Positions 52,759 through 62,497 of a DNA stretch of 64,000 bases are shown piece by piece (the stretch's first letter is position 1; the number at the start of each line of letters is the position of its first letter). Location of the stretch: the IMG/VR virus record IMGVR_UViG_3300046169_000103, positions 1,924 through 65,923 of that record; one strand, written 5' to 3'. The translations under genes and the position numbers were made by a program. The notes beneath the pieces are model-generated. The model was given only the letters and a program-made list of their open reading frames with translations. It was not told where the DNA came from and did no database searches. Source of the DNA: a virus (Duplodnaviria > Caudoviricetes).

Positions 52759-53732
52759 GACTGTGCGTAAAATCCTGAAATAAATATTGGGTCTTCAGTA
52801 TCTGCGTACCCCCCTACTGAAGAGCCGAGATTCCTAATCATAATCTCATCGCATGAATTCACTACTGGATAGGTTACTGATGAACCCGATATTATATGTT
52901 CAAAGTTTAGACTACTGTTGTTGAGTTTATAAAACAGGAACTGGTCTACTATAGAATCCACACACTCAGCACCAACCCTCCACGAGGAGTAGCTTAGCAG
53001 TACATTACTGATATTTGGTTCAGTACCTGTGCTTATTAACTGCCTTCCATTACCTTGGTATGCATATGCCTTATACAGTCCACTTGAAGGCGCGAATACT
53101 ATTTCCAGTCTTATCTCATCAGACTCGACCTTAATGTCAGAATCATACTCTCCGTCTGGTGTCTTAATTCCAAAGACTCCATCTTTGGTGTAGATGCCTA
53201 GCTTTAAGTCCTTGCCTGAATCATAAATTCCTAGCCCAATATTTAGCTCTCTGGTTCTTGGACGGAAAAGGCATGCAATCTTACTTCCATCATTAGCTTG
53301 AGGGGCTTGCTTAGTTAGTTTTCCACTAATAAAAACAGAGCGTCTCCCCTGAAGTACACCCAATACAGGACTTCGCAATTCATCATTCCGATCATCAGGG
53401 GTGGTTGTTCCATTTCCCTCCCAACCATCAACTCCATTTACAGAGCGACCATCCTCAAAAGGTGCATTATCAAAATTACCTAAAACCACTTCATCCCATG
53501 TCTTGGATACCGCAATTTCATATTGAGTATTATTTGTGAGACGAACTTCACTTGCCTCATTATAAGGAAGCTTAGCATACTTATCGTCACACATGACATT
53601 AAATGTACCAAACCCAGAAGGTGACTGAGTCACCATCATGCGACCATGATTGCTTACCAGGATAGGTGCATCAGAGTCTTGAATAGTGGGGTACTTAGGT
53701 GGATATCCGTCTTGCTCCCTTAATGTATTCAT
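52755..53732 (-). CDS. Hypothetical virion-associated protein
   Basis: Coupled ORF in the late operon. Confidence 0.6.
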   Translation of the reverse strand: MNTLREQDGYPPKYPTIQDSDAPILVSNHGRMMVTQSPSGFGTFNVMCDDKYAKLPYNEASEVRLTNNTQYEIAVSKTWDEVVLGNFDNAPFEDGRSVNGVDGWEGNGTTTPDDRNDELRSPVLGVLQGRRSVFISGKLTKQAPQANDGSKIACLFRPRTRELNIGLGIYDSGKDLKLGIYTKDGVFGIKTPDGEYDSDIKVESDEIRLEIVFAPSSGLYKAYAYQGNGRQLISTGTEPNISNVLLSYSSWRVGAECVDSIVDQFLFYKLNNSSLNFEHIISGSSVTYPVVNSCDEIMIRNLGSSVGGYADTEDPIFISGFYAQS

Positions 53733-53893
53733 TTCTTCAATAAGTTATAGATTTTAATGGATGTCCAAATGCAGGTAAGGAAAAGAAGGGCAATAGAAAG
53801 AATTGCTTCAATACTAGTTAGGGACACAACGCCAAGAACGCCAGTATTCACACCAAGTACCGGAACTAATTCCTGAATATCTTCCTTGGTCAT
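53729..53893 (-). CDS. Small membrane protein (54 aa), holin-like; not in ORF track
   Basis: MTKEDIQELVPVLGVNTGVLGVVSLTSIEAILSIALLFLTCIWTSIKIYNLLKK; ATGA overlaps at both ends. Confidence 0.7.
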   Translation of the reverse strand: MTKEDIQELVPVLGVNTGVLGVVSLTSIEAILSIALLFLTCIWTSIKIYNLLKK

Positions 53894-54279
53894 TTCTTAC
53901 CTTTCTTGGCTCTTGCCCTTGGCTTTGGTTTTGGCTTTTCCTCAATTTCCCTAACTTCAATCTCTTCAACTTCCACAAACTCCGCATCCACTGCTTTTTC
54001 CTTGTACTCTGCGTGGACTGGTTTCGTAGGATCCATCGAAACTTGGATAGTTTTGTAATTTTGATTCTCGCTCTTTTTTTTTACAACTTGGGCGTAAAAC
54101 TCTTCATCAATCTCACGCACTTGCATCGGATTAACTTCAAGTATGTCCTTAGCGAGTTCATCATTGCATCGAAAAACACCAACCCACCCAAATACGGTCT
54201 GGACTGCTTCAAATTTGTAGTACTCCCTACCCTTTCCTTTATATTCTTGAGTAGCATTATCAGTATATAAATATTTCAT
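53890..54279 (-). CDS. Hypothetical protein downstream of capsid
   Basis: ORF track; basic C-terminal tail. Confidence 0.65.
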   Translation of the reverse strand: MKYLYTDNATQEYKGKGREYYKFEAVQTVFGWVGVFRCNDELAKDILEVNPMQVREIDEEFYAQVVKKKSENQNYKTIQVSMDPTKPVHAEYKEKAVDAEFVEVEEIEVREIEEKPKPKPRARAKKGKK

Positions 54280-54283
54280 GTGT

Positions 54284-54326
54284 AAAAATAAGGAGGGAGG
54301 CCCCGCATACGCAGTGCCCCCCTCCT
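54284..54326 (-). terminator. Rho-independent terminator after capsid gene
   Basis: AGGAGGGGGGC...GCCTCCCTCCT stem followed by TATTTTT on - strand. Confidence 0.75.
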
Positions 54327-54362
54327 ATTAGTTAACTATGGAACGAACGAAGAGGGACTACC

Positions 54363-56147
54363 TTAGAATGTCAAGCTAGGCTCCGCATCGCTGAAGTTCT
54401 GAATAACAAGGTGACGCTGTGGGCGGTCAAGCATTGTTGTCCAGGTAGTTGAGCGAAGTGAGTACTCCTTGATTACTGCATTCATCCGGCAACGGTATGC
54501 ATCCATAACCTCAGGGGATGGATTGCGACGAGTCACCGAGTTAGTTCCTGCAACACCAATACGGATGTCGGACCAGTCAAGTAACCACAAGGCGCGTGAG
54601 CGGGACTTGAAGTCATTGTTGGTTCCGTCACTCGATGGAGTTGCGGAGATAAGGTCATCAAAGTACTGGTCGTGGAACACGGCCAACTGAATTCCAACTT
54701 CAGGAATGTCATACTTGTTGTAGTTGAAAAGCATGATTCCGTCATGAGTGACTTTACCATTAATCTCAACATTACGAGTGACTTCCCAGTTGTACTTCTG
54801 TCTGTAGTACTGATTCATCTTGGAGAAGATGCTATTCGCAGTGATGCGGTCAGTCATAACATCGATAACCGAGATGGAATCACCATCAGCTTCACGATTC
54901 CGTTTAAGGTAGTAGAGCTGTTGGAATAAGTAATCCAGATCAAGAGCTTGACCCTGACGGTCAACAATACGATTAGAATCAGCAAGTTGAGTGTGAAGAC
55001 CAAGAGCGTTGGACTTGTACTCAAGTACACAATCAGAGCCGTAAGAAGCAGAACCGTCACGACTACCCTCTGGGTCAACAACCGCAGGAAGATTCATGTA
55101 AGTCTCAGGAGTCTGATTTTCATTGATTCTCTGACCATACCATACTGAACGCATCCATGCTTCGTCAGATAACTGAGATGCACGTTTGTTCTGTTCAGCG
55201 ATTGGCTGATATACAAAGTTCTGAAGGAATGGATTAACCTTACCGCTCATGATGGAATCAAGAGTAGCTTTGTACTGATCATCAACAACACGAGATTCAC
55301 GACTGGTTTGCAACCAGTTTACGATGAGTTGATTGGAAAGATCGGAAGGTTGGTTGTGGCACCATTCTTCGTAATCATTAACAGAATTTGCTCCAGTTTG
55401 AACAACACCAACCCCGAATTGATAAGCTTCTTTTTCCTCAGCACTCAAAGCGTTGTAACCACCAGCTGTGATATTTGGCTCAAGTGTAATAGTTGCTTTA
55501 GTTCCGGAACCGTCAGTTGCATCAACTGCACTTACAATCTTGTACACCAAGTCTTTAGTTTTCTTCGTGTCAACATCCCAAGAGGATACAAGAAGGGTGC
55601 TACCTGGTAAGAAGTAACGATTGATAAGCTTGATGTCAGTTGCCCATGGAGAGTCTCCAACATCTACAGAACATTCCCATAGTCCTGGGTGGTTTCCACC
55701 TTGTCCAGCAGTTGCGGAAGCTTGCCCTCCAGAACCAGCAAAGTAATTACTGTTAATGTAGGAGCGTTGACGACGCTGAATGTAAGGAAGAATAAGAGAC
55801 TGTGTCTCGACCTTCTGTTGATTAAGTAAAGGTTTGATATTTGTAATACTACTACGCAACAAAGTTGGTAGACCTTTTTCCTGAACTCCGAGGATTTTTG
55901 CTTCTGCTGCGGATGCTATTACCCGAGCGAGGTCAATTTCCTTGTTCCCAAGGCCCTCAAATTCCGCAGGGGTCATACCCTTAATGGATGCGTTAGTAAG
56001 TGTACAACCTGTCGATCCGTCTACTTTTACGATTCGAGGCAGGAAGTTTCCTGTAGCCCCATCAATCGCACCGGTCTCTTTATAAAGAGTGCCGTTCGAA
56101 GACGCAGATGGCTGCGCTAATTGCGAGTTATCGAATGGATTTGCCAT
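54363..56147 (-). CDS. Putative major capsid protein
   Basis: Follows portal and scaffold; own upstream motif and downstream terminator; assigned mainly by position. Confidence 0.6.
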   Translation of the reverse strand: MANPFDNSQLAQPSASSNGTLYKETGAIDGATGNFLPRIVKVDGSTGCTLTNASIKGMTPAEFEGLGNKEIDLARVIASAAEAKILGVQEKGLPTLLRSSITNIKPLLNQQKVETQSLILPYIQRRQRSYINSNYFAGSGGQASATAGQGGNHPGLWECSVDVGDSPWATDIKLINRYFLPGSTLLVSSWDVDTKKTKDLVYKIVSAVDATDGSGTKATITLEPNITAGGYNALSAEEKEAYQFGVGVVQTGANSVNDYEEWCHNQPSDLSNQLIVNWLQTSRESRVVDDQYKATLDSIMSGKVNPFLQNFVYQPIAEQNKRASQLSDEAWMRSVWYGQRINENQTPETYMNLPAVVDPEGSRDGSASYGSDCVLEYKSNALGLHTQLADSNRIVDRQGQALDLDYLFQQLYYLKRNREADGDSISVIDVMTDRITANSIFSKMNQYYRQKYNWEVTRNVEINGKVTHDGIMLFNYNKYDIPEVGIQLAVFHDQYFDDLISATPSSDGTNNDFKSRSRALWLLDWSDIRIGVAGTNSVTRRNPSPEVMDAYRCRMNAVIKEYSLRSTTWTTMLDRPQRHLVIQNFSDAEPSLTF

Positions 56148-56171
56148 TTTATATGTTTGGTTTGATTAATG

Positions 56172-56191
56172 TGAACTAAGAATTTAGGTCA
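56172..56191 (-). promoter_or_regulatory. 20-bp motif copy TGACCTAA-ATTC-TTAGTTCA
   Basis: 24 nt upstream of capsid ATG. Confidence 0.65.
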
Positions 56192-56420
56192 TCTTTTCTG
56201 ATAATAACCTACAAATCCCACCAAACGGATAATTCGCTAAATTTTTCTAATTTTTTTTACTTTTCTGTAAATTTTAGATTTCTTTTTCTTTTTAAAATTA
56301 AGTTTTAAGACTTAAAAGATAATAGCAGGTGTTCAATGAAAAGGGATAAAACACGGCATAACCCATACCGCAAAAAGACCTCCGTTCGTATTCATCATAC
56401 GACTCTATGCCCTGCTAAAA

Positions 56421-57731
56421 TTATAAACCTAGAGCGGATAAAACTGGATTCTTTGCTTGAGTTGATTCCGCTTGTGGTGTTGCCATACTTGGCCCCCGCC
56501 TTGGTTGAGGCTTAACAGGCTTGGGTGTAGGTGCTTGCTGAGTAGGAACAGGCTGTCTGCCTGACTTTGTGTACCCAGATTTCCTCAGCTTAGCCTCAAA
56601 GGCATTCAACTCCTGAGTAATATATTTCTTAGCAGAACTGTTTGCATGATCAACTATCTCCTCATGTGTCAATGTGTAAGCTTTAGATTTCTCCTTATGT
56701 GACAAGCTATGATAATCAGCAAGGCTCACAAACTTCCTTCCGTCCTTTTCGGGCATACTTGACTCAAGTTGATCAAGAAACCCAGCTAACCTTACATGGT
56801 CACGGTTGGATGGGTCGTAATTTGCGAGACCATTAGATATCTCATGAAATGCAAACATAGTTTTCTGGTGAGTGGTAACTACCCTGTCCACTATTTCGTA
56901 CTCTACAGGGTTGCTTTCATATGCGGATTCAGCACCCTCACTATCCATTTTCTCACGAATAAATTCAGGCACCATGTCTTTTATGTCTGACATCGTCTTC
57001 TGCTTTAAAGAATCCACCACTGGCTTGACCTGAGACTTGCGTTGATCCTCCTTAATTGCATCCAATTCAGGCTTGAGTTCATCCATCGCTTCCTGCTTTG
57101 CGAGTCTCCTCGTCCTAAGCTCAACTACACGCTCTAAGTCGTCCTGGGTGAATTTAGGCTTTTTTCTCTTTAGGAATTTCTGATAGTCATGATCAGTATC
57201 ATCAAGAGACGCATCAGGGTCATCCTGTAATCTCGTATCTAGATATTCTTTCTGGTCTTTAAAGAACTGAATATACTCCGACCTCTTTCCTTTATATTCC
57301 TCAAAGTTTTGCTCTGCGAAATCAACAAGTTGAAGTCTTTTATTCTGCTCGGGGGTCAACCAACTTAATTCATCCTCGGATTGCTTTACGGGCTCAGGTT
57401 CTTTCTCGAGTTCCTGCTCGGGCTCTATGATACTTTGAGGCTCCACTTCCTTGAAGAGAGATTTATCAAGCTTGGATAGAGACTCCTCAACTTCCTCCTC
57501 CTGCACTGGAGTCTCTTCCTTTGCATCTTGAGTAGTTTCTTCGGATTGCTCGTTATTCTGGTTAGCTAATTCAATCGCATCCGACAATCCGTATACACTT
57601 AATTCCCCTGACTCCTGTGGTTGCTCCTCTTGTGGTTGCTCCTCCGGTGGTTCAGCAGAGTCTACTTTCTCAAATAGTGCTGACATTAAGGACGAGCCAA
57701 CATTTTCGTTCTGTTCCTGTTCTTCGCTCAT
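56421..57731 (-). CDS. Putative scaffolding protein
   Basis: Very acidic E/Q/P-rich N-terminus, helical, between portal and capsid. Confidence 0.6.
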   Translation of the reverse strand: MSEEQEQNENVGSSLMSALFEKVDSAEPPEEQPQEEQPQESGELSVYGLSDAIELANQNNEQSEETTQDAKEETPVQEEEVEESLSKLDKSLFKEVEPQSIIEPEQELEKEPEPVKQSEDELSWLTPEQNKRLQLVDFAEQNFEEYKGKRSEYIQFFKDQKEYLDTRLQDDPDASLDDTDHDYQKFLKRKKPKFTQDDLERVVELRTRRLAKQEAMDELKPELDAIKEDQRKSQVKPVVDSLKQKTMSDIKDMVPEFIREKMDSEGAESAYESNPVEYEIVDRVVTTHQKTMFAFHEISNGLANYDPSNRDHVRLAGFLDQLESSMPEKDGRKFVSLADYHSLSHKEKSKAYTLTHEEIVDHANSSAKKYITQELNAFEAKLRKSGYTKSGRQPVPTQQAPTPKPVKPQPRRGPSMATPQAESTQAKNPVLSALGL

Positions 57732-57733
57732 AG

Positions 57734-60028
57734 TTATCTAGTTGGTGGTTGTTCTACTCCTGCCACTTCCTGAGGTGGCATTCCTGGTTGAAATTGTCCC
57801 TGTGGTGGTCTTTGTACTTGAGGTTGAGGTTGTTGTGCTAGCGCACCCTTGATTGTTTGCACCTCTTGATTCATGCCTTGGATAATTTGTGTAATTTGAG
57901 GAACAGTCTGCTTGAGTTGCTCCACAAATTGAGAGTTTGCAAGAGATAGATCCTCTTGAGTGTCAGTTTCCACATTGAGGTCATAAGCTGCACCTGAGAG
58001 ACGAAATATTTCATTCATAATCTCAAGAACCTTCTCCGTGCCTACTGCCTGCATAATTGGCTGAACTGAAACTATCTGTTGAAGTAGTCCCGCTAGAGTC
58101 TGCGCAGATTGCGTATTAACTGCTCTTTCCGCACCATCCCTTGATGAGAAATTATACTCATGTAGAAGTACATCGGGCGTTCCTATTACTGTCCTCTTTG
58201 CCTGAGGGTTTAAGTAGTCAGAACTCGACCCATATGGTGCCTCCTGGAATCCAGCATTCTTTACAATCTCTTTAGTGTATCTTCCTTGTACGGGAACCCG
58301 AAACTCCTCATCACTGCAGGAAACCAAATGCTCGAATAACATCTTCTTTGCTCCTGCACGAAGCTCATCAATACCTTCTGATATGAATGAATAAATTGCC
58401 TGCGTAGTTGTTGCTATCTCCGTTACCTCTGTAGCAGATATCTCACGAGGAGCAGGTTGCCCCAGTTCCTGTGGCGATAGTATGAGTAGTCTTTCTACTA
58501 AGTTGAGTAGCTGTGTAGTAGACTGAATAGCTTGATTTACTGATGCCGCCATCTCACTTTGTACCTCTATTACTGATACAAAATCTTTAGCATTTAAACC
58601 TAGGTCTGCCATCTTAGCACCAGAGTAGAATAACGCATGAGGTTTTGTGTACATCGTACCCTCATTCATTGCATCCTGAATATATGCCTTAACATCATCA
58701 TCTAATGCATCCTGATCGATAGCGAAGATTTTCATCATGCTAATCTTCATATCATGGAGCATTTTATTCATGATATTATTCATCTGATCCTGAAATGGCA
58801 TCAATTCATGTGCTACAGAAATGTTTACCATTCTTGCATCATTCTGATTCAATCCACCATATATAGCGGGTATACTTGGAAGAAACTCAGCGTGTAGCAC
58901 TGTATTGTCACTAGCTACTACCATTTTCATCCATACATCATGAGGATAATCCCCTATACCCTCTTCTGCCGGATTTATCCTACAGAAGTAATTGGATAGA
59001 AATATACCTTTATCCTCATCCTCAGAGCCGTAAACACCAGTGTTTGCAGTTCTGTCATTCTTCATAGCCCACTCCGATTTCCTGTTAGGAAACCTCATAG
59101 TCTCTGGGTCTAAGTAATAACTAAAGAACTCTTTATGGGAGTCGTATGCACCAAAAAGGTTGCTATTAAATGAAATATCATCCGTGTTCCAATAACCGGG
59201 ATTGTCAGAGATATCTTCAAACTTTAATACATCCCAATAGCCAATCCAGTCAGGACCGTTGTCTGTATTAATATCAGCAAGAGGTTTTGATTGGTCATGC
59301 ATGATTCTGGTTGGGTGAGGTTTAACAAAGTCTACACCCTCCCTGCATACATAACTTTCTATACCTTCGGCCTTCATCTTGTTATGCCTCCAAGTAGTTG
59401 CCCTAGTCCAAGCACTCTCGGGAAACATTACAACAAAACCGTACATAAACATATCCCGAATACCCTGACCAAAAAGATGCCTATAATTAAACTGGTCACA
59501 CATCATCTCTACCCTCTGGGATAATACATCTGCCCTCAACTTATCCTCAGCAGAAGTACCACGAGGTTCATACTTAAAATATGGAAAAAGATTAGAGAAT
59601 CTTGATACCTGTGCCGCCACCCTTCGGGTCACATAGGATCGTATGATGTTAACAGAAACCTCATACAACCTAAGTAGGTTTATGTTTTTTAATGTACCTT
59701 CATCATTATACTCACAAAATTGATCTGCAGTCCCTATTCCCTCAAGGCACTCTGCGGTGTCCTCTATAGATATTTTACCTTGTGCATACTGTAATAACGG
59801 AATGGTTGACTTATTAATTGGTAGCGAATCCCAAGCTAAATCTACCGACATAAAAAGATTACTATTCTTAGCAGAATGAAATATCCCCTGGCGCACACGA
59901 GACTCAATTTGGTCTTCGAACTTTGAACGAATCCTGAAATTATCTGACGATTCATCGGTTTCTGTGAATATTTCACGCAACCTATCGTGCGTGCATCCGT
60001 ATCTTTTAAGTATGTCTAAGTCTACCAT
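57734..60028 (-). CDS. Putative portal protein
   Basis: 764 aa after terL; SATEV motif, Q/P-rich C-terminus. Confidence 0.7.
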   Translation of the reverse strand: MVDLDILKRYGCTHDRLREIFTETDESSDNFRIRSKFEDQIESRVRQGIFHSAKNSNLFMSVDLAWDSLPINKSTIPLLQYAQGKISIEDTAECLEGIGTADQFCEYNDEGTLKNINLLRLYEVSVNIIRSYVTRRVAAQVSRFSNLFPYFKYEPRGTSAEDKLRADVLSQRVEMMCDQFNYRHLFGQGIRDMFMYGFVVMFPESAWTRATTWRHNKMKAEGIESYVCREGVDFVKPHPTRIMHDQSKPLADINTDNGPDWIGYWDVLKFEDISDNPGYWNTDDISFNSNLFGAYDSHKEFFSYYLDPETMRFPNRKSEWAMKNDRTANTGVYGSEDEDKGIFLSNYFCRINPAEEGIGDYPHDVWMKMVVASDNTVLHAEFLPSIPAIYGGLNQNDARMVNISVAHELMPFQDQMNNIMNKMLHDMKISMMKIFAIDQDALDDDVKAYIQDAMNEGTMYTKPHALFYSGAKMADLGLNAKDFVSVIEVQSEMAASVNQAIQSTTQLLNLVERLLILSPQELGQPAPREISATEVTEIATTTQAIYSFISEGIDELRAGAKKMLFEHLVSCSDEEFRVPVQGRYTKEIVKNAGFQEAPYGSSSDYLNPQAKRTVIGTPDVLLHEYNFSSRDGAERAVNTQSAQTLAGLLQQIVSVQPIMQAVGTEKVLEIMNEIFRLSGAAYDLNVETDTQEDLSLANSQFVEQLKQTVPQITQIIQGMNQEVQTIKGALAQQPQPQVQRPPQGQFQPGMPPQEVAGVEQPPTR

Positions 60029-60326
60029 TTTTTAGTGCCCCTGATAATACATTTGGAATGGTGTCATTTACGAAATCCCCAATGACTTGATCCTCCAAAA
60101 TAGTTAAAAGGATACATGCTGGCATAGATATCCCCCTTCTTGCTAGTTGTCTGAAAAAAGTATCCTCGTTTATCCCAAGAAGTGCCGCCAGTTCCTGTTC
60201 CGTAATTCGAAGAAAACCACAGATTCTTTTTACCCTTCTTTCGTTCCATTTGTCCTGTAGGTTTAACCTTTTATAGTGAATTTCTATAGCAACCGCAGAT
60301 GGTGCTTTGACTGACTCCTTAGCCAT
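60006..60326 (-). CDS. HTH (XRE-like) DNA-binding protein
   Basis: ITEQELAALLGINEDTF. Confidence 0.55.
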   Translation of the reverse strand: MAKESVKAPSAVAIEIHYKRLNLQDKWNERRVKRICGFLRITEQELAALLGINEDTFFRQLARRGISMPACILLTILEDQVIGDFVNDTIPNVLSGALKNGRLRHT

Positions 60327-60606
60327 TAATCATGCTTCTTAAAATTCCTCCAGGAATCTCAGACTCCGGTTCGAGGTCATCATCTTCTTCGATTTCCTCA
60401 TTAGAGTCATTCTGGTCATCTATATCTGATGACATTCGTCGTACATCCTCTACTGGCATACGCACTGTTCCAGCTATTCTCTTGTCCGATTTCTCTGAAA
60501 TTAATACTTGGAGTGTTACCTCTACAGTTTGACCTTCAGCCACATTTGCAAATGCATTTTGAGTAGCTTCGTCATCCGTTGTGTCCAAAAGTAATGTGTT
60601 TGCCAT
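60319..60606 (-). CDS. Hypothetical acidic protein
   Basis: ORF track. Confidence 0.6.
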   Translation of the reverse strand: MANTLLLDTTDDEATQNAFANVAEGQTVEVTLQVLISEKSDKRIAGTVRMPVEDVRRMSSDIDDQNDSNEEIEEDDDLEPESEIPGGILRSMING

Positions 60607-60611
60607 ATATA

Positions 60612-60631
60612 GAATCTAATATTTTAGGTCA
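60612..60631 (-). promoter_or_regulatory. 20-bp motif copy TGACCTAA-AATA-TTAGATTC
   Basis: In the 30-bp gap after terL, 5 nt before ATG. Confidence 0.6.
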
Positions 60632-60636
60632 TAAAA

Positions 60637-62172
60637 TCAAGCATTGATTTCCATTATACTTGTTTTACTACCAACCTGAGTAAATGCACCTGGTCCTGCA
60701 TCGTAATATATAATTGGATAGGTTAGTGCATCGTGGGCATGAACATAGATGCTCCTTCTTGGTTTAAATCCTATATTAGGATCATATGTCTTCCTTGATT
60801 GCTCGGAAACTAAGTTAAAGAACATCTTCTTTAAGTGAGTGCAAGAGCCGGACAGAATAAACTCCTCGTTCTGTAATTTTGCTACGAGTAGCCTAACCCT
60901 CGCCTCTACTGAACCACTAAACTTTGGTGCTGCCTTCAACTTTATTGGCTCTAGTCCATCAAAGTGTTCCACCCTACTTATTGATATATGCTCTATATCT
61001 TTAACATCATAACTTCCTGTTTTTGCCCGAAACTGATTAAAGGCAGAGTTATCTGATATATGTATAAAGTTAAATTCATGGTCACACTCTTTATTCCAGA
61101 ACATCATCTTCCTCATGACCTCAGGAACTAGAACGGTATAGGGAATATGTTTGTTTACATGTACAATCTCATCGAATACCAACCACACAGGTTTACCCTT
61201 CATTATTATATTCTGCATGAAAATTATGGCATTATTAACAGAACCTGGGTCCCACCCACATATAATCGGATATCTTGTAGATGGTATTAACCTTTGCTTC
61301 TCACTGCCCATTATATGGACACCTTCAATAAAGTAGGGCTTATAAATTGCGTCACCAGCAGGTCTATCAATCCATTCACCACGAACCATACGTGCTTCCT
61401 CGATGGGGTCGGATGATACTGCCTCCATAATTCGGTCATAGTAGCCGGGAGGTAAGTGCTTGATGTTATCCTCAATCTTTAGGTGGCGAACAAAATAGTC
61501 CTTATTATATTTGCCATTCTTACCTAATGGTTTTTCAAAAAACCTCTTATAAACCCAATGAGATGGCCCATCAGGGTTACAAGCTGCGGTGTATTGCATG
61601 GGAGAATCAATACCGGGTCTTCGACCCAACTGTTGCACTACCGCATCAAAATAGTCAGGTGTATCCAAGTTGGTCAACTCATCCACAAATACATAACTTG
61701 GCTCAAAACCTTTAATCCTGTCTTTAATGAATGCACCATAAGGAACAGAGATGAGCACAACCCTACTTGTCCCGCCAAATCTATTACCTACATCTATATA
61801 TAAGTTTTTCTGTGAGTCTTGCCTCTCTCCTGACACATGCATACCTATACCATCTTCCCATAACGGCATGATTTCAGTCTGTAACTTATGCCACACCCCT
61901 CCCATAGTTGCCTGTGAGCGAATACCTACTATCAGAACTGCTAGTGCATTGAAGTTCTCCCATAGGTGGCGAACGAGTTTATGACCACCAAGAATATAGG
62001 TTTTTCCTGTACCACGCTCGCCATAAGCAAGTATGTAAAGAGCCGAACTATCAAACATCTCCTGCTGGGTGGGGGTTAGACTAGGTGTCCATGGGGGAGT
62101 ATCTTTCTTCTCCTCTTGATTTACCGCCTGCCCTAGCCTTTCGGCCAGTAAATCTTTATCAAGCTTACTCAC
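60637..62172 (-). CDS. terL: Terminase large subunit
   Basis: Q motif PTQQE, Walker A GERGTGKT, Walker B FVDE, NP.G..HWV, nuclease GWDPG and HAHDA. Confidence 0.9.
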   Translation of the reverse strand: MSKLDKDLLAERLGQAVNQEEKKDTPPWTPSLTPTQQEMFDSSALYILAYGERGTGKTYILGGHKLVRHLWENFNALAVLIVGIRSQATMGGVWHKLQTEIMPLWEDGIGMHVSGERQDSQKNLYIDVGNRFGGTSRVVLISVPYGAFIKDRIKGFEPSYVFVDELTNLDTPDYFDAVVQQLGRRPGIDSPMQYTAACNPDGPSHWVYKRFFEKPLGKNGKYNKDYFVRHLKIEDNIKHLPPGYYDRIMEAVSSDPIEEARMVRGEWIDRPAGDAIYKPYFIEGVHIMGSEKQRLIPSTRYPIICGWDPGSVNNAIIFMQNIIMKGKPVWLVFDEIVHVNKHIPYTVLVPEVMRKMMFWNKECDHEFNFIHISDNSAFNQFRAKTGSYDVKDIEHISISRVEHFDGLEPIKLKAAPKFSGSVEARVRLLVAKLQNEEFILSGSCTHLKKMFFNLVSEQSRKTYDPNIGFKPRRSIYVHAHDALTYPIIYYDAGPGAFTQVGSKTSIMEINA

Positions 62173-62497
62173 CCCTTACAGACCTCTCGATAAGACCCTG
62201 CATAGCAAGTGGCTCTTCTAGGATTGTCTTAGGCTTCAGTAAGCCTTCCTTTACGAGAACTAGCCTTGTATCCTCTATACCATCCTCTATTGAGCAAAGA
62301 TAAAACCATAAGTCCATTACCTCCTCTTTGGCACATTTTACCCTCTCTTTCATTGACATCATGCACATACCTTTATCCCCTTTAGGATTATGCTCTTTTA
62401 TGCCTCCCATGAATTTCTTCTTAGCCTTTTTACGAAATTCTTTCAGGGCTTTATCCATTAATACCTGATCATGAATCTGTGTACCTTTAAGACTCAT
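62165..62497 (-). CDS. MazG-like all-alpha NTP pyrophosphatase (putative)
   Basis: GIKEH...EEVMDLWFY (EExxD). Confidence 0.45.
   Translation of the reverse strand: MSLKGTQIHDQVLMDKALKEFRKKAKKKFMGGIKEHNPKGDKGMCMMSMKERVKCAKEEVMDLWFYLCSIEDGIEDTRLVLVKEGLLKPKTILEEPLAMQGLIERSVRGE

Noticed and set aside
56336-56515. 59-aa + strand ORF antisense to the scaffold 3' end
   Set aside because: Weak SD, half overlaps the scaffold on the opposite strand, no recognisable motif
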